A model generated the notes under the pieces. That model searched no databases and was not told the origin of the DNA. It was given only the letters and a program-made list of their open reading frames with translations. Positions 63,064-64,000 of a stretch of DNA of 64,000 bases are shown piece after piece. The translations under genes and the position numbers were made by a program. Origin of the DNA: a virus (taxonomy: Duplodnaviria > Caudoviricetes); IMG/VR virus record IMGVR_UViG_3300033073_001572, positions 10,418 to 74,417 of that record; one strand, 5' to 3'. Within the stretch, counting starts at the first letter, position 1. Each line of letters starts with the position of its first letter.

Positions 63064-64000
63064 TTAGACATGATCTTTCCAGTAATCAACCATTTCTCTG
63101 ATCATAGTCTCAAACGTGTAAGTGGGCTCCCAGCCTAAAATTGATCTTGCTTTAGACGAATCGCCACAAAGATAGTTCAATTCTTCAGGACGCTTAAATT
63201 TATCATCTTGGATAACGTAATCTCTATAATCCATACCAAGATAATCAAAAGTTGTCTTACAAAGATCTCTTACAGACTGTGTTTTACCAGTCGCAACAAC
63301 AAAGTCATCTGGAGACTTATGATTAACAATCATTTGCATTGCTCGAACATAGTCTTTTGAGTGACCCCAGTCACGATAAGAATCAAGATTGCCAAGCACA
63401 AGCTTGTCTGCTTTGCCTTTTGAAATTTGTACTGCAGTCTTTACTACTTTATTGGTAACAAAATTTGAACCTCTTCTTGGAGACTCATGATTAAAAAGTA
63501 TGCCATTACATGCATGTAGCTTATAAGCGTGCCTATAATGCCTGACCAGGTTGTAACCTAAAAGTTTTGCACAACCATACGGGCTAACAGGCTTCATGTG
63601 GGTATTTTCGTTTTGAGAGCCGTTATCTTCAACACAATTTCCAAACATTTCTGAGGATGATGCTTGATAGAATCTTGCATCTGGTACAATATTTCTATAT
63701 GCTTCTAACATGTTCAAAACTCCGACGGCGTTTGTCTGAATTGTGAATGCAGGCATATCAAAACTGATTCGCACATGACTCATTGCGCCAAGATTATAAA
63801 TTTCTTCTGGTTTAACATCATTCATAATCCTTGTAATCGAATAAGGATCTAGCAGGTCACCGTAGTGTAGATTAAGATCTTTGCTAAGATGCTTTATTCT
63901 TGCGTCCTGGTTTTCAGCGACAGAGTGCCTCCGAACAATTCCGTGAACTTCATAACCATTTTTGACTAATTGTTCAGCAAGATAGCTTCCATCTTGTCCA
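63064..64000 (-). CDS. gmd: GDP-mannose 4,6-dehydratase (5'-truncated by window edge)
   Basis: Frame extends to the edge as GQDGSYLAEQL..YEVHGIVRR; also IYNLGAMSHV, YQASSSEMFG, PVSPYGCAK, ILFNHESPRRG, FVTNKV, LGNLDSYRDWGH. Confidence 0.95.
   Translation of the reverse strand, partial: GQDGSYLAEQLVKNGYEVHGIVRRHSVAENQDARIKHLSKDLNLHYGDLLDPYSITRIMNDVKPEEIYNLGAMSHVRISFDMPAFTIQTNAVGVLNMLEAYRNIVPDARFYQASSSEMFGNCVEDNGSQNENTHMKPVSPYGCAKLLGYNLVRHYRHAYKLHACNGILFNHESPRRGSNFVTNKVVKTAVQISKGKADKLVLGNLDSYRDWGHSKDYVRAMQMIVNHKSPDDFVVATGKTQSVRDLCKTTFDYLGMDYRDYVIQDDKFKRPEELNYLCGDSSKARSILGWEPTYTFETMIREMVDYWKDHV

Noticed and set aside
1-64000. Alternative genetic code (stop-codon reassignment), as seen in some large phages
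   Set aside because: Core genes are full length in the standard code, and TAA, TAG and TGA all terminate conserved genes at expected positions.
1-64000. CRISPR array, tRNA/rRNA genes, IS elements, integrase
   Set aside because: No repeat-spacer periodicity or cloverleaf was seen. Intergenic gaps are under 200 bp and are mostly accounted for by promoters and terminators.
1-64000. Apparent abundance of GATC sites
   Set aside because: Cannot be quantified by eye and may simply reflect Asp-Leu/Ile codon usage. It needs an observed/expected k-mer calculation.

Overview
This window is a gene-dense segment of a large T4-like myovirus (jumbo-phage type) genome, read in the standard genetic code. 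Every credible gene is on the minus strand. In transcription order (right to left) it contains: (1) a glycosylation block (gmd, a Cas4/AddB-like nuclease, two GT-B glycosyltransferases); (2) a gp55-like sigma factor; (3) a ~24 kb baseplate block (gp5-, gp25- and gp6-like genes, LamG-containing proteins, several orphans); (4) RuvC-like resolvase, primase and a single-chain SbcD-SbcC fusion; (5) the head module (TerL, portal, prohead protease, scaffold, major capsid); (6) a nucleotidyltransferase and a candidate decoration protein; (7) gp13/14/15-like neck genes; (8) two tandem ~1000-aa tail sheaths, then tail tube, tail chaperone, tape measure and a >934-aa ORF that runs off the left edge and is missing from the ORF track. 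The most notable observations are: a T7 slippery site that could fuse the chaperone to a +1/-2 frame extension; a probably virion-packaged Pol-beta-family nucleotidyltransferase beside the capsid gene; a recurrent late-promoter motif (DATANTTA), several copies of which sit 5-6 nt from a start codon; a structured 5' leader able to occlude a ribosome-binding site; and a possible virion-glycosylation system. All family assignments come from motif recognition and synteny by eye; no searches were run.
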